Source: Amphiscolops sp. MND2022 (Eukaryota). Taken from it: a stretch of DNA of 64,000 nucleotides. The position numbers were made by a program, and so were the translations under genes. Under the pieces are notes generated by a model, which saw only the letters and a list, made by a program, of their open reading frames with translations, was not told where the DNA came from and made no database searches. The stretch is taken from the NCBI GenBank assembly GCA_964187785.1, contig OZ076409.1, forward strand, positions 21,082,001 through 21,146,000, read 5' to 3'. How positions within the stretch are numbered: the first letter of the stretch is position 1; every line of letters starts with the position of its first letter. Below are positions 13,550-24,779 of this stretch, piece after piece.

Positions 13550-13977
13550 AATGTAGAATTCTTTGGTCTGGAACTTTTGCTCTAAATGTTGTTTTTTCTT
13601 TGCAACAATTCTGTCCCGATAATGTTTGCGAAGTGAATTTTTCGGAAGGAATTTTATAATCAACAACGGTTTCGAGAAATCTTCGAATTTTCACATCATC
13701 AAGTTTTGAAAATGGAATTCCCGCTTCTTTCAAACCAGTTGCCCATTTAGTGGCCCTGTTGTCTGCCTCAAGATTCTTTGTAGATTGCTGCTTTTTTCAA
13801 AAGGGGTTTCATTTTTTGTATGTTTTCGTTTTTAAAAAAGTTTATTTCCCATTTTTGTGCATTCGATACTTCTACACTGCAAATAGAACAAAAAACTGTG
13901 TCGTTCACCACTTTTAAATACCTGTTTAACGTTGCATCTTCGTGTATATTCGCTGCACTATCTTTCACTGGAGGCAT
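13550..13977 (-). pseudogene. Fragment of a CGGBP-like / hAT-related transposase N-terminus
   Basis: Frameshifted pieces VFCSICSVEVS (zinc-finger CxxC) and AGIPFSKLDDVKIRRFLETVVDYKIPSE resemble the IP.KL...R.FL....IPS block of CGGBP/hAT proteins. Truncated at the HINE end. Confidence 0.5.
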
Positions 13978-15314
13978 TTCTACTTTGAACAGAAAAAAAT
14001 GTGAAAATCATTTCTAAGAAATGTAGCTACTTCTCAGAACATACTTTATTTTTCTCAGAAATTGTCAAAATCGGTTTTAAAACACACATCTGAAAGTTCA
14101 TTTTCGCGTTTTGAAAAGTCAAGTTCAACAAAAACGAAATCATTTTGAAACTGTTTTTTTTTGTGGAAACATTCCATTGTCGAAACGGATGTGAGATTCA
14201 TGCCGAACGTGTACTCATTTTGAATATTTAAAAATCATTTTGAACAACGATTTTTTCACCTTTTGATTGGAATATCTATTCGCGGATCGTACGAATCAGT
14301 TTCTGAAACAGACCGGAAGCGATACTCAGACGCCTACAAAACTGGAAATGACTTTTTGGCTGTATCACTACTTCTGGGAATCAATGCAGGCCCCGCGTGC
14401 AACCTTGTAAAAACGTGACATGAGTTCAAACTGCTAAACTAATCTTCACTCAGCAAGCTTTGTCCAGAGCCAGTATCACCGTGTGCTGCTCTGTATCAAC
14501 ACGAGGAGTCTTCTTCATTATCAAATTTTACAAGGAGGGATGAAAAAACACTTATTTCAAAATTGTTTGCAAGTTTTATGTGGTAATATTGTCCTTTATA
14601 AAGGGAGAAGATGCGACAAGATTTTGGTAGTTTTGACAATGCTCCGGGCTACCGCTGAGTTGAGGATATGAACTGCAATGGAACTTTTGATATCAAGAGG
14701 CGCTCTAAATTCAGCGCCTCTTTCATCGATGGTGGAAAATGCAATTTCGTGCTGGATGAGTGCAAGGAAGCGAAACTTGGCTGAACGAATGGATGCTTTT
14801 CAGAATCCTACTGAGATCGATGTTGGAGGCTGGTCTCTTCAGCAGTACCGATTTTACACTTTGAGAGGTATTATAGAAGCCACAGATTGTTAAATTAACG
14901 AGAACAAATGCATCGGATGGTGCAACCACACTATGTCCTACATTGCCAGATGTCTAGCAAGAGACGATATTGAAGTCCAGATATTCAAGTTGAACTCACC
15001 AAGTTCAGATTGAACTCATTTCTGTTGGTTTTTAGTCACTCTGTTCAAAATGAATGTCCAAAACTCAAATTGATTTTACTTTTCACCTGAATTTCAAATT
15101 GAATGCACTTTTCTTCAATTTCAAAGTTCAAAGTTACAAATTGAGTTTTGAAAGGTGTTGTTGAAAAAGGTGAATTTCGTATTTTTGCTGTAATATGTAA
15201 AAAAGGTAAAAATTAAACACCTACTTTTTCGGTCCGTTGTTATTATTAATTTGTTAAAAGTGTAATATTTGTACATAAGTATTTGACATATATACTTGAA
15301 AGTCATATAAAAAG

Positions 15315-15890
15315 AATAAGCCGGGAACGGCCCAAGTCGGCGCCATATTTAAGGCTCAAAAATAGCAAGAGGACTTCAATGTGTCAAGTATTCTCTTCTA
15401 CAGTACCCGCGTGAGGAAAAAAATTGAAAAAGAATACCAATTTTTTTGAATTTTTTCTCTAAATTTTTCTTTCGATTTTTGTTTTTCGAATTTTTTTCTG
15501 GTCTCCGGTAAATCGCATAGTGCCAAAAAATGTAAAAGGTTGACCCCTTTGGGAGTTTTTGAACATACATTCTTTTGAAAAATAGAAAAAAAATGAAGGG
15601 GGACCTTTTGGAGACATTCAATTTAAAAAATTGCAAAAAAGTCTCACCAAGCCAAAAAAAACCTGCACAAAAAATTTTTGGTCATGGGTGGGACTCGAAC
15701 TCACGTCCTTCTGCTTGGCAGACATCAAAAAAACTATCCAAATTAACCTCTATGCTAAGTAGCAGTAGAAGTTACAAGTTTGGCAATTAGTGGACGCAGC
15801 TTATAAAGCTTATGAAATCTGTCACTTCGTTGGTCTTTGAAAGAGTCACTGCTATAGTCTGCGTTTTCTACGAAAACCGCTGACTAAAAA
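15315..15890 (+). mobile_element. HINE/DINE-1-like repeat copy containing a tRNA-like B-box segment
   Basis: Starts AATAAGCCGGGAACGGCCCAAGTCGGCGCC and ends ...CGCTGACTAAAAA. Internal GAGTTCGAGTCCC on the minus strand at ~15690-15705. Confidence 0.7.
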
Positions 15891-16539
15891 GCATGAGAGG
15901 CAGAAGTGGAAATCAATAATACAAACAAAAGACCACCAAGTCAAAGACGGGGGCTTCCCACTTTGCCGATTATCCTCTCGGCCGAAAAAAAAAAGAGTTT
16001 CACTTGGCCGAAAAATACTTAGCACTGCAATCTGATTGGCTGACGGGGAACGAAGTTCGTTCAAAGATGAAAAAAATGATTTTTTCAATTGTCTTCTAGT
16101 CAGCTATGTTCACATACTCCTAGTGCCCTAAATGCAGGAGCGAAGCGAAGCGGAGCGACGTGTCATATGGCCACGCCTCAATGTTGCTACTTGGCGAATT
16201 GATTGTCTAAATGCAGATGAAAAATCTAATGGAAGAACATAAATTTCGAAAGAATAGTTCCACAGCTGTGAAATTGCTTGCAAGTGTAAAAATGTTGATA
16301 TATTGCATTCTTTGTGACATAAATATAAAACGCTTTGACCAGTTGTCCTCGTACATCGTCCCATGTTACAAATGCTATTTCGTCTCAGCAGATGCACAAA
16401 TCAAAATTAAAATGTAGTACGTTCTGAAGACCTATATTTTTATGTCGCCTCCTGTCCTACGAAGAACCTAATGTAAGTGAATGATATTGTTGTGATGCCA
16501 TATTTGTGCGGGTTATTTTGTGTTATGTACAATCAGTAG

Positions 16540-18270
16540 TGTCGCAGGCTGCCGCCTGTGACGGTACTTTAATAACGACAACAGCGACAAGCCAGGAGAC
16601 ATTGCCCGGCACTTTGCCTACATTTTAAGCAAGTATATTTTGTATTTCAAAACTTACTTTTAGTAACAATATTTGTCCTCAAACCATTACATTTTCCAAT
16701 ACGTTGCAGTTTATATTAGTCTGTTAATTTTACGATTTGGGACAAGCCAAATCAGTTTGATGATGTATTTATTGTAGGATAGAATTAAAGTGCAAGGTTA
16801 ATTTGACGCAATAACAAACAACAAGCAAGTTAATCGCGAGAAGGAAACGTGTTCAAGTGCGGAAACGTCCTTTCTCGGCGACGTAACTTGTTGTACATCG
16901 ATAACCAATCACATCGTTCCTTTTGAAATGTTGGCGCTTTTATTACATAATGGCCGAATAAGGCCTTTTGACTTAACGCAGTGCACGTTTGCTGGTACTC
17001 ATGTCAAATGGCCGGTTCCGGCCAATTCATGCAATATAGTATTTTGTTGCCTAATTAAGCAAGTAATTACTCGGAGCTAACTTTACATGATTTAAACTAA
17101 ATTAAAGCATTTGCAGCGCTTTAATGTCCGTATAACCTTAACCTAAAGATGGACGATTAAGGCCATCTTACCATGTCTCTTTGAAAGCTGTGTATTTTAT
17201 GATTTTGAGCCTGTTCTGGCCCTAACATGAATGTGCATTCTCACATATATTTAGATTGTATTGAAGCAATATACACGCGATGATGCATTCCATTCTCAAT
17301 AACTCGTGTCGGCACGTGCCTTCACTGCACTCCGCTGTAAAGAATGTGAGCGGAGACATTTGTTGACGCTTTGATATGATGCCTTAGTTAATAACTGATT
17401 TGATATTTCTGTCTTGATCAAACGACTTTTGAATGCCATTCCCTAAATGTCCCCTAATAATATGCGGTTGTCGGGACATTCCCTGTGAAGTAATAAATCA
17501 CATGACCCCATTTTCTTGACTAGTAATGTAAAGTATGTGAATGTCATCCCCTCACGAGTATATATATATACCGATACTCAGCCTGAGTGGGACACAATTC
17601 ATTTGAGACGCTACTAGAAAGATTGAATTACAAACGGCTTCGCTGTTATTTTTTCCGTATTGAATAATTCATTGTTAATTCGGAACTGCTTCTATGCCTA
17701 CTACTAGAAAACAGAAAAAGGCAAGAAAGTCAGAAATGCTGTCAGATATCGAGAACATAGACATTATGTTAGGAGAAAATCATTTTAACACAAGAGAGAG
17801 AGAAGGCAGTTTGAACAGTAACTTGCCTAGAAGGTCCAGAAGCTTTGCAAGCAATGAGTCTGAGAATGAAAATGCAAATGTAAGAAGAAATCAGAGAAAT
17901 GATCACTTTAGAACAAATACCGAATATGATCAAAATTCAGTTACAGCCAACTCTAGTGCTGAGGTTAACAGGTTGTCAAGTGAATTGAATTCCCGCATTT
18001 CAGGGGAAATGGACGAGATGATGAATTCTGTAGGTGTTCAGATTCAGAGGGCCATAAATGATGCGATAAGTTCTCAGGTACTTCCTCAAATCCAAAACGT
18101 TATTATGGCCGGATCGGGACACGGGACCAGAAAAGGATGGGACGTTCCGTCCGAGAGACCGGAACTAAATTCTGAAGTTCAGCGAAACTTAAATGCAAAA
18201 AATAACTCAAGGAATGAACAAGATGGGAATCAGTCAGACAATGATTTTCCTGGGTTAAATGTTCATGACA
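16540..18270 (+). repeat. 5' LTR of element C
   Basis: Matches 30086-31816 with about 13 substitutions counted by eye and no indels. Confidence 0.97.
17558..17570 (+). promoter_or_regulatory. Putative TATA box in the LTR
   Basis: TATATATATA ~130 nt upstream of the gag ATG. The homologous position in element A reads TATAAA. Confidence 0.55.
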
Positions 18271-19365
18271 TGGTGACAGGAGACAACGAATTTCCAAATC
18301 CAGTTCCTGAGTTTCTCACAGGACGAATCTCATCCAGAAATCATCTCGACAGGTCCTTTGAGGACATCAACCTCGACACGACGATCCCAGCACAAGAGAG
18401 AATCGCTACGGCTGCTGACTCCGACCCTATCACTCGACTGGCAGACGTCTTGACTACAATGCAGAATAGACCGACAGCCCAACAACTCACCATACGCCCA
18501 GTCAACTCAAATACCATGACATTCGATGGCAAAAGTGAGAAATTCGAGCTGTTCGAAGACCTATTTCACACTATGATCAAGATGCAGCCAGAAATGACTG
18601 AGCAAATGAAGATCAATCACTTCCACTCTTTATTGAGGAAAAATGCTCTTCAGACATTCAGAAACATCAGCTCAAACAACCGGCAAACTCTAGAGGACGT
18701 ATTAGTCATCTTTAGACGAAAATACGTCAAGTCCGAGTCACAGGCGACCGCCAAACATAAATGGCACTGTCTGGTCTTCGATCCCAACACGATGAAACTG
18801 CCTGATTTTCTCGAAGAATTAAACCAAGGAGCCGAGAAGGCGTTTGGTGATCATGCGCAGAAAATGATTGACAGCTTGCTTTACCCAAAACTGCCACCAA
18901 AACTGAAACGGTCCGTCAACATGGCCAGATTAGAAAATGGCTCCTACGATGAGATAGTTGCTTATTTGGAGAGAGAACTAGAGCTTAACGCCCTCGAGGA
19001 GTCAGATGACCTACCGATAGCCACAATGACCTCCTCGACTACAAAACCTAAAACTCCTCTGTCCACAGGGCAACTGTCCGATATCACTTGCAATTACTGC
19101 AAGGAAAAGGGCCACATGGTCAAAGACTGCGAAAAACTGAAAAAGAAAAAAGAGAAAGATGCCCAACAAGGCAAGTCGACGCAGAAGAAAAAATATCCGG
19201 AGTGCGGCACTTGTGGCAAAAAGACCCACCCAGAGGAAAGATGTTGGCAAGGTGCTGGTGCACATCTTAAACACAAACGCACTAAGCCTGAGGACCCAAA
19301 TGACAATAAGCCCAACATCATCGAGCTCCCAATCCTCATGTTCTAATGTTGAGTCAAAAAACTAA
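17694..19365 (+). CDS. gag: Gag polyprotein (starts inside the LTR; 32-nt deletion near 19315 shifts the last codons)
   Basis: 550-aa ORF with a capsid-like region and two zinc knuckles. The true C-terminus SSSSQSS...ESKN* sits in another frame and matches element A. Confidence 0.92.
18271..18284 (+). promoter_or_regulatory. Primer-binding site of element C (lies within gag coding sequence)
   Basis: TGGTGACAGGAG directly after the LTR, complementary to a tRNA ending CUCCUGUCACCA. Leu-like; identity uncertain. Confidence 0.8.
19356..19362 (+). promoter_or_regulatory. -1 ribosomal frameshift heptamer A AAA AAC
   Basis: Correctly phased just before the gag TAA. The -1 frame (CTA ACT TCG...) is open into ORF 19461-20030. 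Conserved in element A. Confidence 0.85.
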
Positions 19366-22300
19366 CTTCGCCACGACTCCAATATAACGAATTAATATCT
19401 GTCCGACAATACATCAGATCGGACCCTCCAACGCAGACTTTCCACCAATACAATCAGCAATTGATGGGCTATCCCTCTGTTGTCTGGCAGCACCAGATAG
19501 AAAAAGCCACCATCATCACCTACAATAACACCCATTTGTTCCAGAAACCGATTCCTGTTTGGGACCCTGATGACACCACCACCTTCACTACACGGTTCAG
19601 GCCCATTCCCCTGATCGACGATTACAATCCAACATACATCGATCCAGACTACGGCAGAGATCCCTACTGGGACACCGAACTTTACAACCAAGATTCACTA
19701 CAAATTCAAAATGTCCTAGACGATATTGACCATTATAATAGAACAGTCCACGAGAACCCTCCAATTACCCATAACAAGAAAACAAGAGCGCTAATTGAAA
19801 ACTGGCAAATGAATGATGGCACAAACCATCCAGTGTTCCCAAATCCATTGGGGACCGAGACCCATGACAACAATGTTGAACCCATACCACAATCATTGCT
19901 AGACGAGAAACAGTTCCAAAATGTCTTAATCACTAGAGACGGTGAACCAGACTGTATACCCCTATCAACCAACATCAACCTCAAATGCAAAAAACGCATG
20001 TGTATTTCCCAATGGACTTTGGGGAATTGACCATTGACGGACTCATTGACACTGGAGCGCTGTCCAGTGCAATTCCTGAAATGGACCTCCGGAAAATTCG
20101 ACTTTTATCTCCACAATCCGTTATCCGGGAAGGTCCGCCTCCGAATTTCCAAATAATGGTCGCTAATGGGCAATTGGAAACTCCTAAGAGTACAATAGAC
20201 CACAAATTTGAAGTTGGTGACATCGAGTTTCATGAGATCTTTATAGTCATGGAACACCTGACAGGTCCGATTATTGGCCTAATGTTCCTTCAACGAAACC
20301 ATACAGTTCTGGACATGAGACAAGGAATACTGAATTTCCCGTTCTTCTCAATGCAGCTCAAAACAGCTGACCACAAATACTCGAATGTATTAGAACCAAT
20401 TCTCAACCCTATTGAGATAACTATTCCACCAAATGATAGAGTCCTAATTAGGACCAATTCCCTACTGTACCCTGAGAATGCTGTCACTGGAATTTTGCAA
20501 CCGAGCGACCTTCTACATGAAGAGGGCGACATCACATTCTGCCCAGCTCTGATCACTCTGAATGACGGCAATATATTGATACCAGTGAACAATTTTACAG
20601 ACCACCCATATAAACTCAAAAGGGGACTTCATATTGCCATATTCTCTGTAATGACGCCAGAACAGATGAAGTATGTCAAACCGGTAGACCCGGCATCAAC
20701 CTGGCACCTTTTGCAGAATGACCAGGAGCAGGCAGCCCACTATGTCAGCAGTCTCATCAAGACAAACAGAAATCCACAAAACTCCGAAAATTATTGGTTC
20801 CCGACTCCAGAAAATCTTGGAAATCCTGAGGAACACACACCTATACAAAAACGAATCCTTAGAGAATTACAGGCCTTACAGGACTTCGAGACACTCGACC
20901 CCACTACAGATGCAGAATCGCGTGCAAAATTTTTAGAAAACTTTGACTGGAAAGATTCCACCTTTAATCCTGAAGAGAAGAAGAAAATCGAGGAATTGTT
21001 AGTGGAATTCCATGACATCTTTGCACGACACCGATTTGATATAGGCATGAATGAGGAATTCAAGGTGAAACTGACGCCTAAGGACGATTCCCCAGCCTAT
21101 TGTCAAAGCCTTCCAGCTCCTATCAACTTGAAGGAGGACATCCTAGTTGAATTAGCCATGTTACACAAATATGGCATAATAACTACACTGCCATTTTCGA
21201 AATATGCAAGTCCAATATTCGCACAATAGAAGCCGAATGGGAAACTCCGACTCTTGGTTGACTTGAGAAAAATCAACAACCTCATCTCGGATGATTACAT
21301 CAACAATAATCACCCCGTCAGTACACTAGTTGATGCTGCCCAACACTTGGCAGGCAAAAAACTGTTCTGTAAATTAGACTGTTCGCAGGCATACCACTGC
21401 CTACCAATGGCCGACCAACGTTCAATCGAAATGTTGGCCTTCAATTTTGCCAGCCGCACATTCGCCTACAGACGTTTGGCACAAGGCCTTAGCCGATCAC
21501 TATCCGCATTCTCGAGTTTCATGAGGGAATACCTCGACAAAGTCATTAAAGCGGATCAGTGTGCCCAGTATGTGGACGATATCGGCATCGCAGCCAACGA
21601 TGTTGACCACCTCATGACCAACCTGAGAGCTACTTTCAAATGCATTCAGGAAGCAGGCCTTAAGTTAACAATGCACAAATGTCACTTCGGTGCAAAAGAA
21701 ATTGATTTTCTCGGACGGTATATTACCCCACAAGGCGTCAAACCCCAGAAACAGAACGTGCAAAACTTTCTGGAGAAAACCAAATTCCCGAAGTCGAAAA
21801 AGGCTTTACAACGATATTTGGGATTCCTAAACTACTACAGGAATTATGTCCCAAGACTCTCCGAACGCCTTGCTCCATTCTACAAGATGCTCAAAAATGA
21901 CGAAAAGGTCCTAATATCGAAAGAATTAGTCCAACAATTCGAAGAAATCAACAGAGCACTAGACAAATGTTGCGACTTGGCCCTACAGCAACCCATTCCA
22001 AACAAGCAAATAGCACTAATGACTGATGCAAGTTTTGGTGCAGCCGGGTACGCGGTCCTAATCGAAGACGACCCAAGCCAGAAATTTACGTCGCTCAGAA
22101 AATCGTATGCACCAGTCGCATATGGATCAAAAACTTTCACCCCAGCACAGATCAAAATGTCAATTTATGCCAAGGAATTCCTTGCAATCTATTTTGCATT
22201 CAAAGAATTTGGACATAACTTCTGGGGTGCGCCGAAACCGGTCATCATCCTTACGGACAACAAAGCTGTCACGAGATTTTTCCAAACAAAAATCATACCC

Positions 22301-24561
22301 CCAGCCCTGTGGATCGCGTGTGATTATGTCATTCAGTTCAATTTTGTCATAGCACACATCCCAGGGGCACAAAATACAGCTGCCGACTATTTGTCCCGAT
22401 TGGAAGCAGATCCGAAGGACAAATTGGTGATGAAAATTCGTGAAGATGTACAAACACTACCAATCGAAATCAATGTCCAATCCGCAGGGGTGTCACAAGA
22501 AGAACAAATCTTCTACACCAATGACGACGATGAGACAGAAGAACAGTATTGGGCAAGAAAAGAAGCAATCAGGAAAAATCCAGCAACTGATGAGCCCACT
22601 GTTACTATACAAACTTTGTCAACAAATCTGGTCAAGCAACACCCCGATATACAAATCCGATTGAAGAAAACGAACCAGATCATTATTGAGCAATCCAAGG
22701 ATGCAGTACTACAACAATTGAAGGCAAAACTCCTTCATGAAGATTATTCAGAAAACATGCTGCAACAGGATGCCCGATACAGACACTATGCAAATAATCT
22801 GGAACGAATTGTACTAAAGGACGAAATCCTGACAAGGCAATACTTTGATAAAACAGGGAACGTTAAATACCATCAAATTCTGCTCCCGCAACATTTGCTT
22901 CAGGAACTGCTTAAGTCTCTCCACGGGACAGCACATAAACATCCTGGGATTTCAAAAATGTTGCAGGAAATTAGACAGAGGTATTACTACGCTAGCATGG
23001 CTAAACACGTCAAAAAGTGGGTAGAAGGGTGCGAACAATGTGCCAGAGACAAAAGAGTCCCTAACGCAACGATAACACCTGAACTACTCAACTTGCCCGA
23101 ATGGGACCTTGGACCCGAAGACGCCATGCAAATCGACCTATTGCCGAATCCTCCCCCAAGTGGAGGATATGAAAATGTCCTAACGGCAATTGATGTATTC
23201 TCCAGATATTTGTTCGCCTATCCCCTCACGGACGCATCAGCGATCAATGTAGCAAAAGCGGTCATTGACATTATGACTAAACACTCATATCTACCAACGA
23301 CTCTTATCACTGATAAAGGTACTGCATTTACTTCTACAATTATTGCGGAGGTTACGCACATTTTGGGCATCACACTCAAATGTGCAACGACGAAACACCC
23401 GCAGACAATTGGGAAATTAGAGCGAACTCATGCCTCATTGAAAACAAATCTCAAAATGGCATGTGGAGAATATCGCCGACAATGGCACAAATACTTGCCA
23501 TTAGCAGTACTGAATCATAATACTAGTTATCACGCCAGCATCGGTTGTGAGCCTACGAGGGTATTCCACGGAAGAATTCCATTTAATATTTTGGATCACA
23601 AGCTTGGAAATAATCCAACGAGCAGATTAACCCCACAACCGAATTTGCTGAAGAAATCCAAAACCGGACAAAAATCCTGATTGACAAAACGAAACAGAGC
23701 ATTATGCAGTCGTATATCAAGTACAAAGAATATTACGACCGCAAAGCAAAAGCCGCTCCACTAAAGGAGAACGAATATTGTTTTGTCTTACAGCCGAAAG
23801 CGGACAATCAAGGATCAAAAATTCCATTCCGCGATTACCGTTGGGTGGGACCATTTGTAGTCCAAAAGGTTTTGCCAAATGAAAACTATATAGTACGACG
23901 GATCAATACGAACAAAACTCAAATTTTGCATCGCATTCGCCTTAAGAAGTTTGTCCCCAATCAACCGATTGAGGATAATTTCCGACAACAACAGTTGCAG
24001 CCAGATGAAGAATTTGTCATTCCGCAAGATGGTTTATACGTCATAACGTGGGAAACCGACTTTGGCGAGCAGCTAGTTACACGAGGCCGCGAGACTATTC
24101 CGACCAGCATGCCGAATGGCGAACGGCCGAACGCGCCAGAAGCGAATACAAAAGACGTAGCCGAGAATGAAGCGGATTACATAATCACGACTGACGAAAC
24201 AAGTTACGCTGACCACGCGGCGCGGAACCGGAATGAAAGATTAAATCATGACGTCACAAAAAAGAATGAAGCTAGTGAAGCGGCTAGCAATGACAAATCT
24301 GATTGGCCGAATCCGGCCGTTTCCCCAAAAAACCAAGAAAATTCATTGCCGAATACGGCAAATAGACCGGAAAACAATGAAAATTTTTCAGAAAGAAACT
24401 TGACGAATGAAAACGATACACAAGATTCTCCAAATAGGGGGGATGATATTATCGTGCCCGAAATATCCGAAAACGATGCTTGAAATGAGAGTCTGAGCCC
24501 TAGAGGAGGGAAATATAATCTCAGGCCTAACCCAAACTACTCAGAGGATTTTAGATACTAG
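19362..24561 (+). pseudogene. pol: Pol polyprotein: protease, dUTPase-like insert, RT, RNase H, integrase with GPF motif and acidic tail; mildly disrupted
   Basis: Motifs LIDTGA; YVDD; TDAS, KEFLA, TDNK; HHCC and D-D-E (QIDL, TDKG, LERT); WVGPF; ends YNLRPNPNYSEDFRY*. Lesions: 1-nt deletions at ~20001 and ~23617, stops at 21227 and 24481. Confidence 0.95.
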
Positions 24562-24779
24562 GAAAGATTGAATTCGGCTCTAGAAACGAGCCATGAACTT
24601 TTTCCTTCTATCTTTTTTTTTCCAGAGACCCAAACATCATTTTTTGAACAAATAATGGGACACACGAACGACCCCAGCAAAGATAATAAATACGGGGTAC
24701 AGAAACAAAATGGAAACAAATGAAATAACAAAATGAACAAATTTACAGTCTGAAGGTGTACAAATATACAAATGTACAC

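Noticed and set aside
14400..14960. Possible coding relic
   Set aside because: Only short ORFs and no motif I can recognise.
156..22698. Many short ORFs opposite gag/pol
   Set aside because: Shadow frames of the retroelement coding strand with no independent support.
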